Notes: generated by a model not told the origin, from the sequence alone. 64,000 bases of DNA from Akkermansia muciniphila (GCA_945883815.1 CAMCYJ010000001.1:235-64234), one strand, 5' to 3'. Shown: positions 39,049-48,874, counted from the stretch's first letter. A program made the numbers and translations.

Positions 39049-39581
39049 GACCCGCCGCCAACCGCACTCGCTGGCCGGCTGTGGCCTCGCTGCTCGCCTT
39101 GACCGTGGGTCTGTTGGTCGGTTGTGGGGGATACTCCCTGGGGCCCAGCAACGGGCAATCGGCCGGTGTTCGAGCCATCCGCGTGGGCCACGTCGCCAAC
39201 GGCACCGATGAGCCCCGCCTGGCCGACACGGTCAGCCACGCCCTCCGCGCCCAAGTCCATGTCGATGGCACGTTCCGCTTGGCCACCCAAGACGACGGCG
39301 ACATCGTCATCACCACCGCGCTTCAAAAATTCGAGCGGAATCCCCTCACCTTCCAGGCCAGAGACATCATCGCCACCCGCGACTATGACGTGATCCTCAC
39401 GGCCCACGTCAAAGCCATCGAGGTGGGGAGCGGCAAGGTGTTGCTCGATCAGGAAATCATCGGACGGACCACCATCCGCAACACGGCCGACCTGGGTTCT
39501 GCCGAACGTCAGGCTGCCCCGCTTCTGGCCGAAAACCTCGCACGCAACATCATCAGCCGCCTCTCCGAAGGTTCCTGGTAA
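39045..39581 (+). CDS. lptE: LPS assembly lipoprotein LptE family
   Basis: Lipobox LLVGC-GGYSLG, N.T.EP motif, C-terminal LARNII...EGSW. Confidence 0.78.
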   Translation: MRPAANRTRWPAVASLLALTVGLLVGCGGYSLGPSNGQSAGVRAIRVGHVANGTDEPRLADTVSHALRAQVHVDGTFRLATQDDGDIVITTALQKFERNPLTFQARDIIATRDYDVILTAHVKAIEVGSGKVLLDQEIIGRTTIRNTADLGSAERQAAPLLAENLARNIISRLSEGSW

Positions 39582-39592
39582 CCCTTGCTCCC

Positions 39593-40882
39593 ATGATGGC
39601 CGTCACTCCGTTCCGTGCGTTGACTCTCACTCTGGCGGGCACCGCTTTCGGGGCCGCCCTGTTGCTGGGTTCACCGACACAGGCCGCCGGAACTCCGTCC
39701 AATGACTGGCCGGGGTGGCGGGGTCGGGGTCGTGATGGTCACGCTGCCAACCCCTTGCCTGTGCGGCTCGATTCCGCCCCGAAACCGCTCTGGCGCAAAT
39801 CCATTGGCCATGGGTATTCCGGAGTCGTCGTATCGGGCCAGCACCTGGTTTTCCTGGATGATTCCAGCGGTCAGGAAACCGCCCGTTGCCTGGATGCGGC
39901 GACCGGCCGGGAATTGTGGTCTCAGCCCTTCGCCGAACAATACTCCGACGAATTCGAAGCAGGCCCCCGATGCACGCCGCTGATCGATGGCAACCGGATC
40001 TACGTGCAAAGCTGCTTCGGTGAGTTCGCCTGTCTTTCTCTCGACGACGGCAAGAAGCAGTGGGGGTTTCATTTTCGCGACTACGGAATGTTCTGGGTCA
40101 AGGACCGCTCGGGTGGTCCGGGGGCCGCCAACCGACGGGGCAATTCCGGATCGGCGGCCATCTCGGGCGATCGCATCTTCATCCAAATCGGCTCGACCAA
40201 CGGGGCGAGTATCGCCGCGTTCGACAAAGCGCAGGGCCGGTTGCTCTGGAAATCCCAGAACGACCTGACCAGCTATGCGTCGCTGATGACCGGAACCTTG
40301 GGCAATCGCCACCAGGTCATCGGCGTGACCTGCGAGGGACTGCTGGGATTGGAGGCCGCCTCCGGAGAAGCTTTGTGGCGGATCCCCTTCAAGACCGGAG
40401 CCAACCGCAACGTCCTAACCCCAGTGCTCGACGGCAACGGCATCTTGTTTGCCAGCTACACCACCGGACTGCGACGGGTCACCCTCGAAGCCGATGGATC
40501 GAAGGTCCGGGCCACGCAGTCCTGGCTCAATCCAGACCTCAAGATCAACTTGTCCACGCCCGTTCTGGTGGGACGCCACCTTTATGGCCATGGCCCCGAC
40601 AAGGATTTCGTCTGCGTCGATGCCTCCACCGGAGCCATTCAGTGGCGACAAACCGGCTTCAACCAATACGCCTCAACTTTGGCTTCGGGTTCCCGATTGC
40701 TGGTCTTGAACGATATGGGTGAAGTCATCCTTCTGGAGGCCAGCCCCGCTCGATACACAGAACTCGGCCGCTTTCAGGCTTGTGGCAAGACCTTCAGCCA
40801 TCCGGCCTACGCCCACGGCGTCCTCTACACCCGAGATAGTCGCGAGCTGGTGGCCTGGCCGCTCCAGTCCCCGGCGCGCTGA
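39593..40882 (+). CDS. PQQ-binding-like beta-propeller protein (BamB-like)
   Basis: Signal peptide, DWPGWRG, GPRCTPLI, TFSHPAYAHGVLYTRD. Confidence 0.85.
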   Translation: MMAVTPFRALTLTLAGTAFGAALLLGSPTQAAGTPSNDWPGWRGRGRDGHAANPLPVRLDSAPKPLWRKSIGHGYSGVVVSGQHLVFLDDSSGQETARCLDAATGRELWSQPFAEQYSDEFEAGPRCTPLIDGNRIYVQSCFGEFACLSLDDGKKQWGFHFRDYGMFWVKDRSGGPGAANRRGNSGSAAISGDRIFIQIGSTNGASIAAFDKAQGRLLWKSQNDLTSYASLMTGTLGNRHQVIGVTCEGLLGLEAASGEALWRIPFKTGANRNVLTPVLDGNGILFASYTTGLRRVTLEADGSKVRATQSWLNPDLKINLSTPVLVGRHLYGHGPDKDFVCVDASTGAIQWRQTGFNQYASTLASGSRLLVLNDMGEVILLEASPARYTELGRFQACGKTFSHPAYAHGVLYTRDSRELVAWPLQSPAR

Positions 40883-40910
40883 GTCCAGCCCTCCAGAGCT
40901 TCCCCCAAAA

Positions 40911-41705
40911 TTGAAACCGATCCTCCTCGAACTCGGCAGCTTCAAGCTCCACTCCTTTGGCCTGCTGGTAGCCCTGGGGTTCTTGGCTGGCTCGTGGATC
41001 GCCAGTCGTCGGGGTCGGGCCATGGGCCTGGATCCTCAGGCCATCCAAGACATCGTATTCCCCTGGCTGCTGGTGGGCGGCCTGATCGGCGCGCGCATCC
41101 TTTACGTCCTGAGCTATTGGCAGCGGGATTTCGCCGGTCAGCCACTCACTGAGGTGCTGGCCATTTGGAAGGGGGGCCTCGTGTTCTACGGAGGCCTGAT
41201 CGGAGCCACGATCGCCGGTGCCATCGGAATTCGCGGCAAAGGCCTGCCGCTCTGGGCCACGGCAGACTGCTTGGCCATCGGTGTCTCCCTGGGGCACGTC
41301 TTTGGACGACTGGCATGCCTGCTCAACGGTTGCTGCTTCGGGCGGTCGTGCACCCTTCCCTGGGGAATCCGCTTCCCGGCGGATCACGCCACCGGGGGCG
41401 TCTCGGTGCATCCCTCCCAACTGTACGAAGCGGGTCTCAACCTCCTGCTCTGCGGAGGCCTGATCGCCTGGCAATCCCGACGTCCACATGGCCGCGGACA
41501 AATCTTCGCCCTGTACCTGATGGCCTATGCGGGAGTCCGGTCGTTCACCGAATATTTTCGCGGCGATTACGGCATCCAGAGCGCCCCCACCGCCGGCGTG
41601 TTCACTCCGGGCCAGTCCACCAGCCTGTTGATTTTCGGCGCCGGACTGGCCCTGTGGTTTCTGCGACGGACCCGCTCCGATTCCGCCCGTCCGCAGGTCG
41701 CCTGA
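40911..41705 (+). CDS. lgt: Prolipoprotein diacylglyceryl transferase
   Basis: IGARILYV, GGLVFYGG, GRLACLLNGCCFG, HPSQLYE, RSFTEYFRGD; TTG start. Confidence 0.92.
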   Translation: MKPILLELGSFKLHSFGLLVALGFLAGSWIASRRGRAMGLDPQAIQDIVFPWLLVGGLIGARILYVLSYWQRDFAGQPLTEVLAIWKGGLVFYGGLIGATIAGAIGIRGKGLPLWATADCLAIGVSLGHVFGRLACLLNGCCFGRSCTLPWGIRFPADHATGGVSVHPSQLYEAGLNLLLCGGLIAWQSRRPHGRGQIFALYLMAYAGVRSFTEYFRGDYGIQSAPTAGVFTPGQSTSLLIFGAGLALWFLRRTRSDSARPQVA

Positions 41706-41710
41706 CCGAA

Positions 41711-43366
41711 TCACAGTCGGTTCAGAGCACTGATCACCGCCTGAATCGAAGCCAATTCGATATTGGTGTTCACGCCCGCTCCCCAGCGGGTCATGCCTTC
41801 AGCGGTGCGAATCTGGATGTAGGCGATGGCGCTGGCGGCCTCCCCCTCGGAGAGCGAGTGCTGCTTGAACTGGGTGACCTCGAACCGAGGAACGCCCGCC
41901 TCGGCCAAGGCATGGACAAAGGCCGCGATCGGACCGTTGCCACGCCCACGCACCGCGACCTCCTGCCCCCCGCGTTTCATCGATGCCCGACATTCAAAGA
42001 GACCATCCACGCCATCGGCATGGAAATGGATGAGCGACCAAGGCTCCGTCCGCTGGACGTACTCTTTCCAGAACATGGCCTTCAGTTCCTCACCGCGGAC
42101 TTCCCGACCCAACGCATCCACCTGATCGTTGGCGATGGGACCAAACTCCCGCTGCAGGTCCTTGGGCAATTCGATGCCGAACTCCGTCTCCAGCAAGTAG
42201 GCCACGCCCCCTTTGCCCGACTGACTGTTGACCCGGATCACCTCGCGGTACTCGCGACCGATGTCCGCAGGATCCAGGGTGAGGTAGGGGACATCCCAAT
42301 GGCTGCGCGAGCCGGTCTCCCATTCGGCCAAGCCTTTCTTGATGGCATCCTGATGGGATCCGCTGAACGCCGTGAAAACCAATTCACCCGCGTAAGGCTG
42401 CCGCGGCGGCACCGTCAAGCCCGTGCAACGCTCATAGACCTCGCGGATCTTCCCCAGATTGGAGAAGTCGAGATTCGGATGGATTCCGAGCATGTAGAAG
42501 TTCAGGGCCACTGCGACCACATCGAGATTGCCCGTGCGCTCACCGTTGCCGAAGAGAGTCCCCTCCACGCGGTCGGCACCGGCCAACAAACCCAACTCCG
42601 TTGCTGCCACACCGGTGCAACGGTCGTTGTGGGTGTGCAAGCTGACAATCAGGCTATTCCGATCGCGGATGTTGCGGCACATCCATTCGATCTGATCAGC
42701 GTACACATTCGGAGTCGCCACCTCCACCGTGCAAGGCAGGTTCAAGATCATCTTCCGCTGCGGCGTCGGCTGCCACACGCCCATCACCGCCTCGGAAATC
42801 TCCAACGCGAAATCGAGTTCGGTGGCGCTGAAACTTTCCGGAGAATACTGCAATCGGACGTCCGTGCCCTCCAGTCGATGCATCCGTTCCTGGATCCAAC
42901 GCGCCCCCTGCACCGCGATGGCTTTGATCTCGTCACGGCTCTTCCCGAACACCACGCGGCGTTGGGCCGGAGACGTGGAGTTGTAGAGGTGGATGATCAC
43001 CCGTTTGGCACCCACCAACGATTCGATCGTCCGCTCGATCAAATCTTCACGGGCCTGTACCAGGACCTGAATGGTCACATCTTCCGGGATGCGATTTTCT
43101 TCGATGAGCCGCCGATTGAACGCGAACTCCGTGTTCGACGCCGACGGGAATCCAACCTCGATCTCCTTGAAGCCGCAGTTCACCAGCGTCTGGAACAGCT
43201 CCAGCTTTTGGGCCACGTTCATGGGCACCGCCAGCGCCTGATTGCCGTCGCGAAGGTCCACACTGCACCAGATGGGAGGCGCGCTGAGCGTGCGCGCAGG
43301 CCATTGACGGTCGCGTAAGTCCACCGCCGGAGCGGGGCGATACTTCGTGGCAGGATTCTTCAACAT
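41711..43366 (-). CDS. leuA: 2-isopropylmalate synthase (yeast/actinobacterial type)
   Basis: WCSVDLRDGNQAL, YSPESF, LHTHNDR, GNGERTGN, AFSGSHQDAI, IRVNSQSGKGG. Confidence 0.95.
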   Translation of the reverse strand: MLKNPATKYRPAPAVDLRDRQWPARTLSAPPIWCSVDLRDGNQALAVPMNVAQKLELFQTLVNCGFKEIEVGFPSASNTEFAFNRRLIEENRIPEDVTIQVLVQAREDLIERTIESLVGAKRVIIHLYNSTSPAQRRVVFGKSRDEIKAIAVQGARWIQERMHRLEGTDVRLQYSPESFSATELDFALEISEAVMGVWQPTPQRKMILNLPCTVEVATPNVYADQIEWMCRNIRDRNSLIVSLHTHNDRCTGVAATELGLLAGADRVEGTLFGNGERTGNLDVVAVALNFYMLGIHPNLDFSNLGKIREVYERCTGLTVPPRQPYAGELVFTAFSGSHQDAIKKGLAEWETGSRSHWDVPYLTLDPADIGREYREVIRVNSQSGKGGVAYLLETEFGIELPKDLQREFGPIANDQVDALGREVRGEELKAMFWKEYVQRTEPWSLIHFHADGVDGLFECRASMKRGGQEVAVRGRGNGPIAAFVHALAEAGVPRFEVTQFKQHSLSEGEAASAIAYIQIRTAEGMTRWGAGVNTNIELASIQAVISALNRL

Positions 43367-43412
43367 ATCCGAAACGACCGACAGCATACGATGCCGGGGC
43401 CCCTTGCGGCAG

Positions 43413-43439
43413 AAAAAAAGGTTCCCGGTGATTCCCGGG
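43413..43439 (-). terminator. Possible weak terminator upstream of leuA
   Basis: Minus strand CCCGG-GAATCA-CCGGG-AACC-TTTTTTT. Confidence 0.4.
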
Positions 43440-43479
43440 CGACGCCGGCTCCAAAAACCAACAACGCGCTCGCCCGAAA

Positions 43480-44148
43480 TCACTCCGGACCCCGGATGCG
43501 AAAAAAACGCGTCCCGGGATCAGCAGCGACACTCACCCGGGAAGTTCCATCCTGAGGCTGAGCGCCGACCTCTTGGACCAGCTCGAAGGGCTTCCGAAGA
43601 TCCTCCGCAGCTTCCAGTTGGTAGCGCTGCCCTGCCAAGGCCATCCATTGAATTTGCACACGCCCTTCCGATTCCAAGGCGGCTTTCAGCTTCAACGCCG
43701 GAGCCTCCGGCAACCGGATGGATACCCCAGAGAACACGGGGCTTTCTCCCGCGGCCATCGGGCCCGCCGTACCAATGAATCCGGCATCGAACCTACGGGC
43801 CTTGGATCTAGCGCCCACCTCCAACCCGACCCCGGCGGCGATGCGCAGGGTCTGCCCATGGCGCAACTCGCCCAGTTGGCTGCGGGGGATCGAGATCTGG
43901 ACGGCATCGGCACTGCTCACTCCCGGTGTCACCACGCCGCGAACCGAATCCGGATTCCAGGCACGGATCCGGACATCCGGCACAGAACTCAGCGCCGCAT
44001 CCAAACGGAACACCCCCTGCCCCAGAGCCACCTCCGACCGCAGGCGCCGAAACCGGCGATCTTGCTGCTGGGCCAGCAAAACGCTTACGACGATTCCCAG
44101 CGCAGGGCGAAACCCGTCCGCAACGCTCACGCCTTCGGCGAGACCCAA
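43480..44148 (-). pseudogene. Probable 3' remnant of a large exported protein ending in an 'FFR' domain
   Basis: No clear signal peptide; C-terminus GRVQIQW.A.AGQRYQLEAAEDL...GTRFFRIR; upstream frame appears broken. Confidence 0.5.
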
Positions 44149-44400
44149 CCCATCGACTCCTTCCGCAGCGGCTCCCCGGCCAGAACATGCGGCCTGTCTC
44201 CCAATCCCGCCAAGGACGCCACCCCTGGCAACCCAAGCACATCGAAGCGCCCGAACGTGCGGCTGGAGCGGCAGAAAAAAATCCTCAATTCGTGAAAGGT
44301 CTCAGCCGATCGCAACGAAAACCCTCATGACACCTGAATCGGGCAAACGGCAAACGCCGCCCCAGCCCTTCAGGAAAAACAATCCAAGCCACCTCAAACC

Positions 44401-45285
44401 ATGCACAGCCATCGCCGCCTCCAACGCCACCGCCATTGCCTCTTCGTGATGCTCACCCTCCTCGCCACCACGCTGACCACGTCGGAGGCGTACGCCGCGA
44501 AGAGCTCCTCCAGCAAACCCAAACCCAAACCAGCACCTCAATCGCCAGGGAAAGATTTGAGCCCACTGGAGAAAGTCGAGAAGATCGTCAGCATTGGGCA
44601 AAATGTCTTCAGTGCCGCCAACGCGGTCTGGGGAACAGAAGATTATGCCTATTACACGGCGTCACTGGAGTTGGTGAACTATCGAGACGAAACAGTTATC
44701 ACCAGAAACAAAATCAGAACAAGAATAGTTCGAACTCATTGGTTAAACGTGAAAACCGGAACCGAGCAATATAAAACTGATCGAACAAACACCTACGACG
44801 ATGGCCGTGAAGATATGTCTATAACTGACGCCCCATTTCCGCATGGATGGGGCCATATAAATTCAATACAGCTTGATCATTACTACGACCCGGGCAAAAA
44901 TTTCAAAGAAGAGATAACCTATTCAATGCCTGCAACTCAATACAAGATACTACTCCACCTAGAAAATGCTCCTTCGAGCAGGATTAACCTCATCGATTCA
45001 GCGCGAATCACAGAAACACTGAACTATCAAGAAATTCAACCCAACGAAACATACGATAACTATCGCAAAATTAGTTCCAGCAGTTTCATTGACAATCGGC
45101 CTGTCAAAACGGAGAATTTTGATACTCGAGAAGCTCGCATCACCATGAGTTCTGCCCAACTCATCAGTTATCCCAAAGTCAACGCAGTGACCGTTTTTGG
45201 GGACCATACGATTCATTTTCTGGCCCCGAGAAAAGCTCACTACATCATCTCTCCCACTCCAGAAGACTCTACCGAGAACCCCTGA
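44401..45285 (+). CDS. Orphan secreted protein, AT-rich body
   Basis: 294-aa ORF with signal peptide (LFVMLTLLATTLTTSEAYA) and Lys/Pro linker; no family recognised. Confidence 0.7.
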   Translation: MHSHRRLQRHRHCLFVMLTLLATTLTTSEAYAAKSSSSKPKPKPAPQSPGKDLSPLEKVEKIVSIGQNVFSAANAVWGTEDYAYYTASLELVNYRDETVITRNKIRTRIVRTHWLNVKTGTEQYKTDRTNTYDDGREDMSITDAPFPHGWGHINSIQLDHYYDPGKNFKEEITYSMPATQYKILLHLENAPSSRINLIDSARITETLNYQEIQPNETYDNYRKISSSSFIDNRPVKTENFDTREARITMSSAQLISYPKVNAVTVFGDHTIHFLAPRKAHYIISPTPEDSTENP

Positions 45286-45296
45286 ATTTGGCTTTC

Positions 45297-46022
45297 ATGA
45301 AACGCTTTTCTACCGTCTTTCTGCTGTTTGCAGGGTTTTTAGCTTTGGTGTTTTGGGTGCTTATCGGATTACCGCAGAAACCACAAGATCCCGAAGCAGC
45401 CAAAATCTCGCCGCCTGAAACTACCACGCAAACTGCAGAGACCTCCAAGGCACCTCCTCTTTCATTCCGCGATTTAATTCCAATACCAAAAGAAGGCGCA
45501 AACCGGTCTGGTACTGGAACTCGAAAAGTCCACCAAAGGTTAGTTCCATTCCGCCCCAAATCTGAACTACCCCAAGTTTTGCACGGTAACTTGCATGCTC
45601 AACAGTTATTAATCGTATTAGAGGAAGCACAAGTCAACCCAGCCATCATTCAATTGGAGTTCAAGAATATTTATAACAACCTGGGTTCCATCAAAGATCT
45701 GCAAGTGCGTATCGCTGAAAACATGGTTGAGCTGCATGGAAGAATCGGCGATATTATGCAAACGAACAGCAAAGACACCGATGCGATAGATCGTGAATTG
45801 AGAGGTTTGGATACTGCTGAGTGGAGTAGCACCGAATCTGATGGCGATCTGATCGAAGAACACCGCCAGGCAATCCTTTCGGCACTTGCCGGAACGAAGA
45901 TTGCCTCTGACCCTGAACTCCAAAAGAAGCTCTTCGACATCAAGGTTCGTTTGGTCCTGTCGCCTGAAGCCAGTGAGTTCATGAAATCCTACAGTCCGGT
46001 CACCACCGCCAAGGCGCCGTGA
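45297..46022 (+). CDS. Orphan membrane-anchored protein, AT-rich
   Basis: N-terminal TM (VFLLFAGFLALVFWVLIGL), Pro/Thr linker, helical acidic domain; starts 11 bp after the previous gene. Confidence 0.7.
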   Translation: MKRFSTVFLLFAGFLALVFWVLIGLPQKPQDPEAAKISPPETTTQTAETSKAPPLSFRDLIPIPKEGANRSGTGTRKVHQRLVPFRPKSELPQVLHGNLHAQQLLIVLEEAQVNPAIIQLEFKNIYNNLGSIKDLQVRIAENMVELHGRIGDIMQTNSKDTDAIDRELRGLDTAEWSSTESDGDLIEEHRQAILSALAGTKIASDPELQKKLFDIKVRLVLSPEASEFMKSYSPVTTAKAP

Positions 46023-46062
46023 CGGAGACACCGAATCGTCCCGAAGTGAGTCGGAGGGATGG

Positions 46063-46113
46063 ACTTGCAGGCTTGGGTTAAAAACTCCAATTCCGTTACC
46101 CGAGCCTGCAAGT
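46063..46113. other. 16-bp inverted repeat (terminator-like hairpin)
   Basis: ACTTGCAGGCTTGGGT ... ACCCGAGCCTGCAAGT, one mismatch, 19-nt loop. Confidence 0.6.
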
Positions 46114-46363
46114 TTCGGTCTAGCTAAACCGTCTGTGAGCTGTGGCCAGGAGGCGGAGAGTTCCGGGACCGAGCCGGAAACTCGAAAAACCACTTTTTTA
46201 GCGGCGGATCCCCAACTCCATACCGGAGATCCCCAGTATTGGGAGACCAAAACGAGATATCCTCCAAGCCGCCAAGGAGCGAGCCATGTTCTCGATCCCC
46301 GGCGAGGGTCGGCCTCTACTGTCCATCGACAGGTTGGACGCCGAGAAAGCGCCGGTTTTGCCG

Positions 46364-46448
46364 TACCTTCCAACACTTGATTTTTACCTCCAACACTCGA
46401 TTTTTACCCTCCAGAAGTCAGAACGCAGGGTCGGGAGACCTGGCCTCC
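46364..46448. repeat. About 20-bp tandem repeat (2.5 copies) followed by a REP-like copy
   Basis: TACCTTCCAACACTTGATTTT / TACCTCCAACACTCGATTTT / TACCCTCCA; GGGTCGGGAGACCTGGCCT at 46428 matches 155-173 with one mismatch. Confidence 0.65.
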
Positions 46449-46456
46449 GGGAGAAG

Positions 46457-47590
46457 CTAGTGGCGCTCGTAGCGGCGCCAGCCGGGGGTTTCACGGACTT
46501 CAACAGGACCGCGGGGCGCGTGCATGAGGAATGCCTCGACGGGATAACGTCGAAGGCGATCGAAACCTGGGTCTGGTCCCAACACGCTCAAGACCTTGGA
46601 CAGAGCGTCTGTGCTCATTGCCTCCGCGCCAATCAAGGTCACCTGACTGGGATGAGTTAGCGCCCATCCGGTCCGCGGATCCAACAGGTGCGAGTAGCGA
46701 ATCCCGCCCAGTTCCACCCGTTGGAATCGGTCGCCGGAGGTCACCAAGGCTCGATCCTTGAGCCAAACCACTCGACCCGGCGGCGCATTCGTCACATCCA
46801 GTTCTCCGATCTCAACCTTCCAGCCCGACTGTCCCGGCGGCGATCCAGCAGCGAACAGGTCTCCTCCGCCGGACACCAGCGAGCAGCGGACTCCCCTCGC
46901 CTTCAGCACGCGAGTCGCCTCATCCAACGCATATCCTTTGGCAATCCCGCCTAAATCGAGGCGCATCCCCGGCACCACGAGGCGCGCTGTGCGTCGACCC
47001 GTAGCATCGGTGCCCAGCACCACGTGCTGCCACCCCGTGGCTGCTCGCGCCGCGGTCACCTTGGACTCTTCGGGCAACACCCGCTGACGCCGCGCCCGTT
47101 TCCACACGTCCACCAGAGGGCCCACGGTGATGTCAAAAGCCCCGCCGCTCATGCGAGACACCTCCTGCGCCCGCTCTAGAACCCGGGCCAGATCGGTACT
47201 CAAAGGCACCACCGCACCCGTGCCGGAGGTCTTGGACAAGCGGCTCAACTCCGAGTCGGCCTCGTAGTCGCTGAGGATGCGGTTCAGGTCGGAAATCCGC
47301 TGGAAGGCCGCGGCCGCTGCCACATCGCCCGAGGCCTGATCGGCCGCATAGAGCACGACTCGAAAGGGCATCCCCATGTGCGTCTGGCGGTATTCACAGC
47401 GAATCTGCGGGACCGGACGGGTCTGGCAGCCGGTCCCGATGCCCGTGAGCAACAGCGCCAGACATCCGAAGGCGATCACGGTTGACCAGCTCCATCGAGC
47501 CCGCTGCACCCCCCCATGGCTGGACATCGGGATCCACGATGCAACCCTTGGGAATCCTTCGGCTCGTGCCGTCTTCCCGGATGGGTTCAT
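46457..47590 (-). CDS. apbE: FAD:protein FMN transferase ApbE
   Basis: MGMPFRV, SELSRL, GAFDITVGPL, LDLGGIAKGY, VTSGD, YSHLLDPRTG; lipobox-like TGC. Confidence 0.9.
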   Translation of the reverse strand: MNPSGKTARAEGFPRVASWIPMSSHGGVQRARWSWSTVIAFGCLALLLTGIGTGCQTRPVPQIRCEYRQTHMGMPFRVVLYAADQASGDVAAAAAFQRISDLNRILSDYEADSELSRLSKTSGTGAVVPLSTDLARVLERAQEVSRMSGGAFDITVGPLVDVWKRARRQRVLPEESKVTAARAATGWQHVVLGTDATGRRTARLVVPGMRLDLGGIAKGYALDEATRVLKARGVRCSLVSGGGDLFAAGSPPGQSGWKVEIGELDVTNAPPGRVVWLKDRALVTSGDRFQRVELGGIRYSHLLDPRTGWALTHPSQVTLIGAEAMSTDALSKVLSVLGPDPGFDRLRRYPVEAFLMHAPRGPVEVRETPGWRRYERH

Positions 47591-48012
47591 GGACGTCCCT
47601 GCTGCACCGCAGTGGTCGGCTCGGATCGGGGCTTCACCTTCTCGGTGTAGGTGATGACTCCAGCACCCAAGACAATGAGGCAGACACCCAGCCACCGAAG
47701 AGGGCTGACCGTCTCGTGCAGGACAAACCGCGCCGCCAATGTCGTGAGCACAAAACCGAGCGAGGTCAGGGGCCACACAAAGCTCACGTCACCCTGAGAC
47801 ATCAGGTACAGCAGGCACCCAAAGAACGCCGCCTCGAAACCCACGCCGACCAACAGCGGGATATTGGTGAAACCGGAGCGGATGAGTCGCAAAATCTCCG
47901 ACACACTCACGCGGTCCATCTCACCGATCTCCTTCAAGCCTCGGCTCAAGAACACCACCCCGATGGCCTCCATGCAGAGACCGGCCAGCAAAACCAAGAT
48001 CAGGCGACTCAT
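47587..48012 (-). CDS. EamA/SMR-type small transporter
   Basis: Four TM helices, DVSFVWPLTS, LHETVS..RWLG. Confidence 0.8.
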   Translation of the reverse strand: MSRLILVLLAGLCMEAIGVVFLSRGLKEIGEMDRVSVSEILRLIRSGFTNIPLLVGVGFEAAFFGCLLYLMSQGDVSFVWPLTSLGFVLTTLAARFVLHETVSPLRWLGVCLIVLGAGVITYTEKVKPRSEPTTAVQQGRP

Positions 48013-48845
48013 AAACAATCAGAATAACGGCACAATTGGATCCCCCGCGACTCGATCACCTCGCGCACCCGGGGGCTGAGCAACGCCTCCAACTCATGCC
48101 GGTGGGCGTCCTCGTCGGCATGACAGTACAACTCCCAGGTCCCAGGCTGAAGCTCCGGCAAGAGCCGCAGCAAATAGTCTTCGGTCACCCGGCTGTTCTG
48201 CAGCAAACCGTAGGTGCAGGCGGCGTGACGCAACCCGTGACGGGCCAACAACGGCTCGCAACGACGCGACAAGGCCCCGAAAACCCCAGCATGCGACAGC
48301 CGGTACAAGTACTCCCCGGACGCCATGCGCAAGTTCTGGATCAACGGATCCCGAGTCAGGCGAACCGAGCGGATTCCCAGCGCATTCGCATGATCCAACA
48401 GCACGCGGAACACCCCGGGATGGAGGTGAAAGTTCAGGTGCCCGTTGACGTGATCCAAGGCCAGGCCGGTGGCGCGGAATCGTTCAAATTGAGCCATAAG
48501 TTCCCGGCGCACTTGTTCCTGCAAGCCCGGCACAAAAAAGTAACGCAACCCGGCCACCACCGGTCGATCGGTGAATCGACCCTGTTCATCCACCAACCCA
48601 GGAATCTCCGTCGGGGGCAACACCGACCGTCCACAGACCAGCACCGAATGCAGACCCACGCCGAGTTGGGGATTGGCCCTGGCAATCCGCACGGCTGCCT
48701 CGGCGGCATCGCCAGCCACCATGAGGCTGGCCGAGGCGAGGATTCCTTCCCGATGGGCGCGTTCGATCGCCCGGTTGGCGCTATCGGAGATTCCGAAATC
48801 GTCGGCATTGACGATGAGCCGGATGGGAGCGTGTCTCGAAATCAT
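48009..48845 (-). CDS. hpnK: Hopanoid biosynthesis-associated protein HpnK (YdjC family)
   Basis: LIVNADDFG, GVGLH, LDHVNGHLNFHLHP, ELYCH; adjacent to hpnD. Confidence 0.85.
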   Translation of the reverse strand: MISRHAPIRLIVNADDFGISDSANRAIERAHREGILASASLMVAGDAAEAAVRIARANPQLGVGLHSVLVCGRSVLPPTEIPGLVDEQGRFTDRPVVAGLRYFFVPGLQEQVRRELMAQFERFRATGLALDHVNGHLNFHLHPGVFRVLLDHANALGIRSVRLTRDPLIQNLRMASGEYLYRLSHAGVFGALSRRCEPLLARHGLRHAACTYGLLQNSRVTEDYLLRLLPELQPGTWELYCHADEDAHRHELEALLSPRVREVIESRGIQLCRYSDCL

Positions 48846-48874
48846 GAGCGATGCTCCTCGCGGTCCGGCAACCC

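Noticed and set aside
41165-43318. 717-aa plus-strand ORF (and similar long ORFs such as 57952-59898, 50169-51725, 24259-25731)
   Set aside because: Antisense shadows of well-supported genes, expected in high-GC DNA; no recognisable motifs.
43367-43480. Leucine attenuator upstream of leuA
   Set aside because: A weak terminator-like hairpin exists, but no Leu-rich leader peptide was found.
35668-44310. Shared 13-mer GGTCTCAGCCGAT at 35668 and 44298
   Set aside because: Isolated 13-bp matches are expected by chance in 64 kb, and the flanks do not align.
44401-46113. Integron cassette array
   Set aside because: No RYYYAAC...GTTRRRY attC structure after either gene and no intI.
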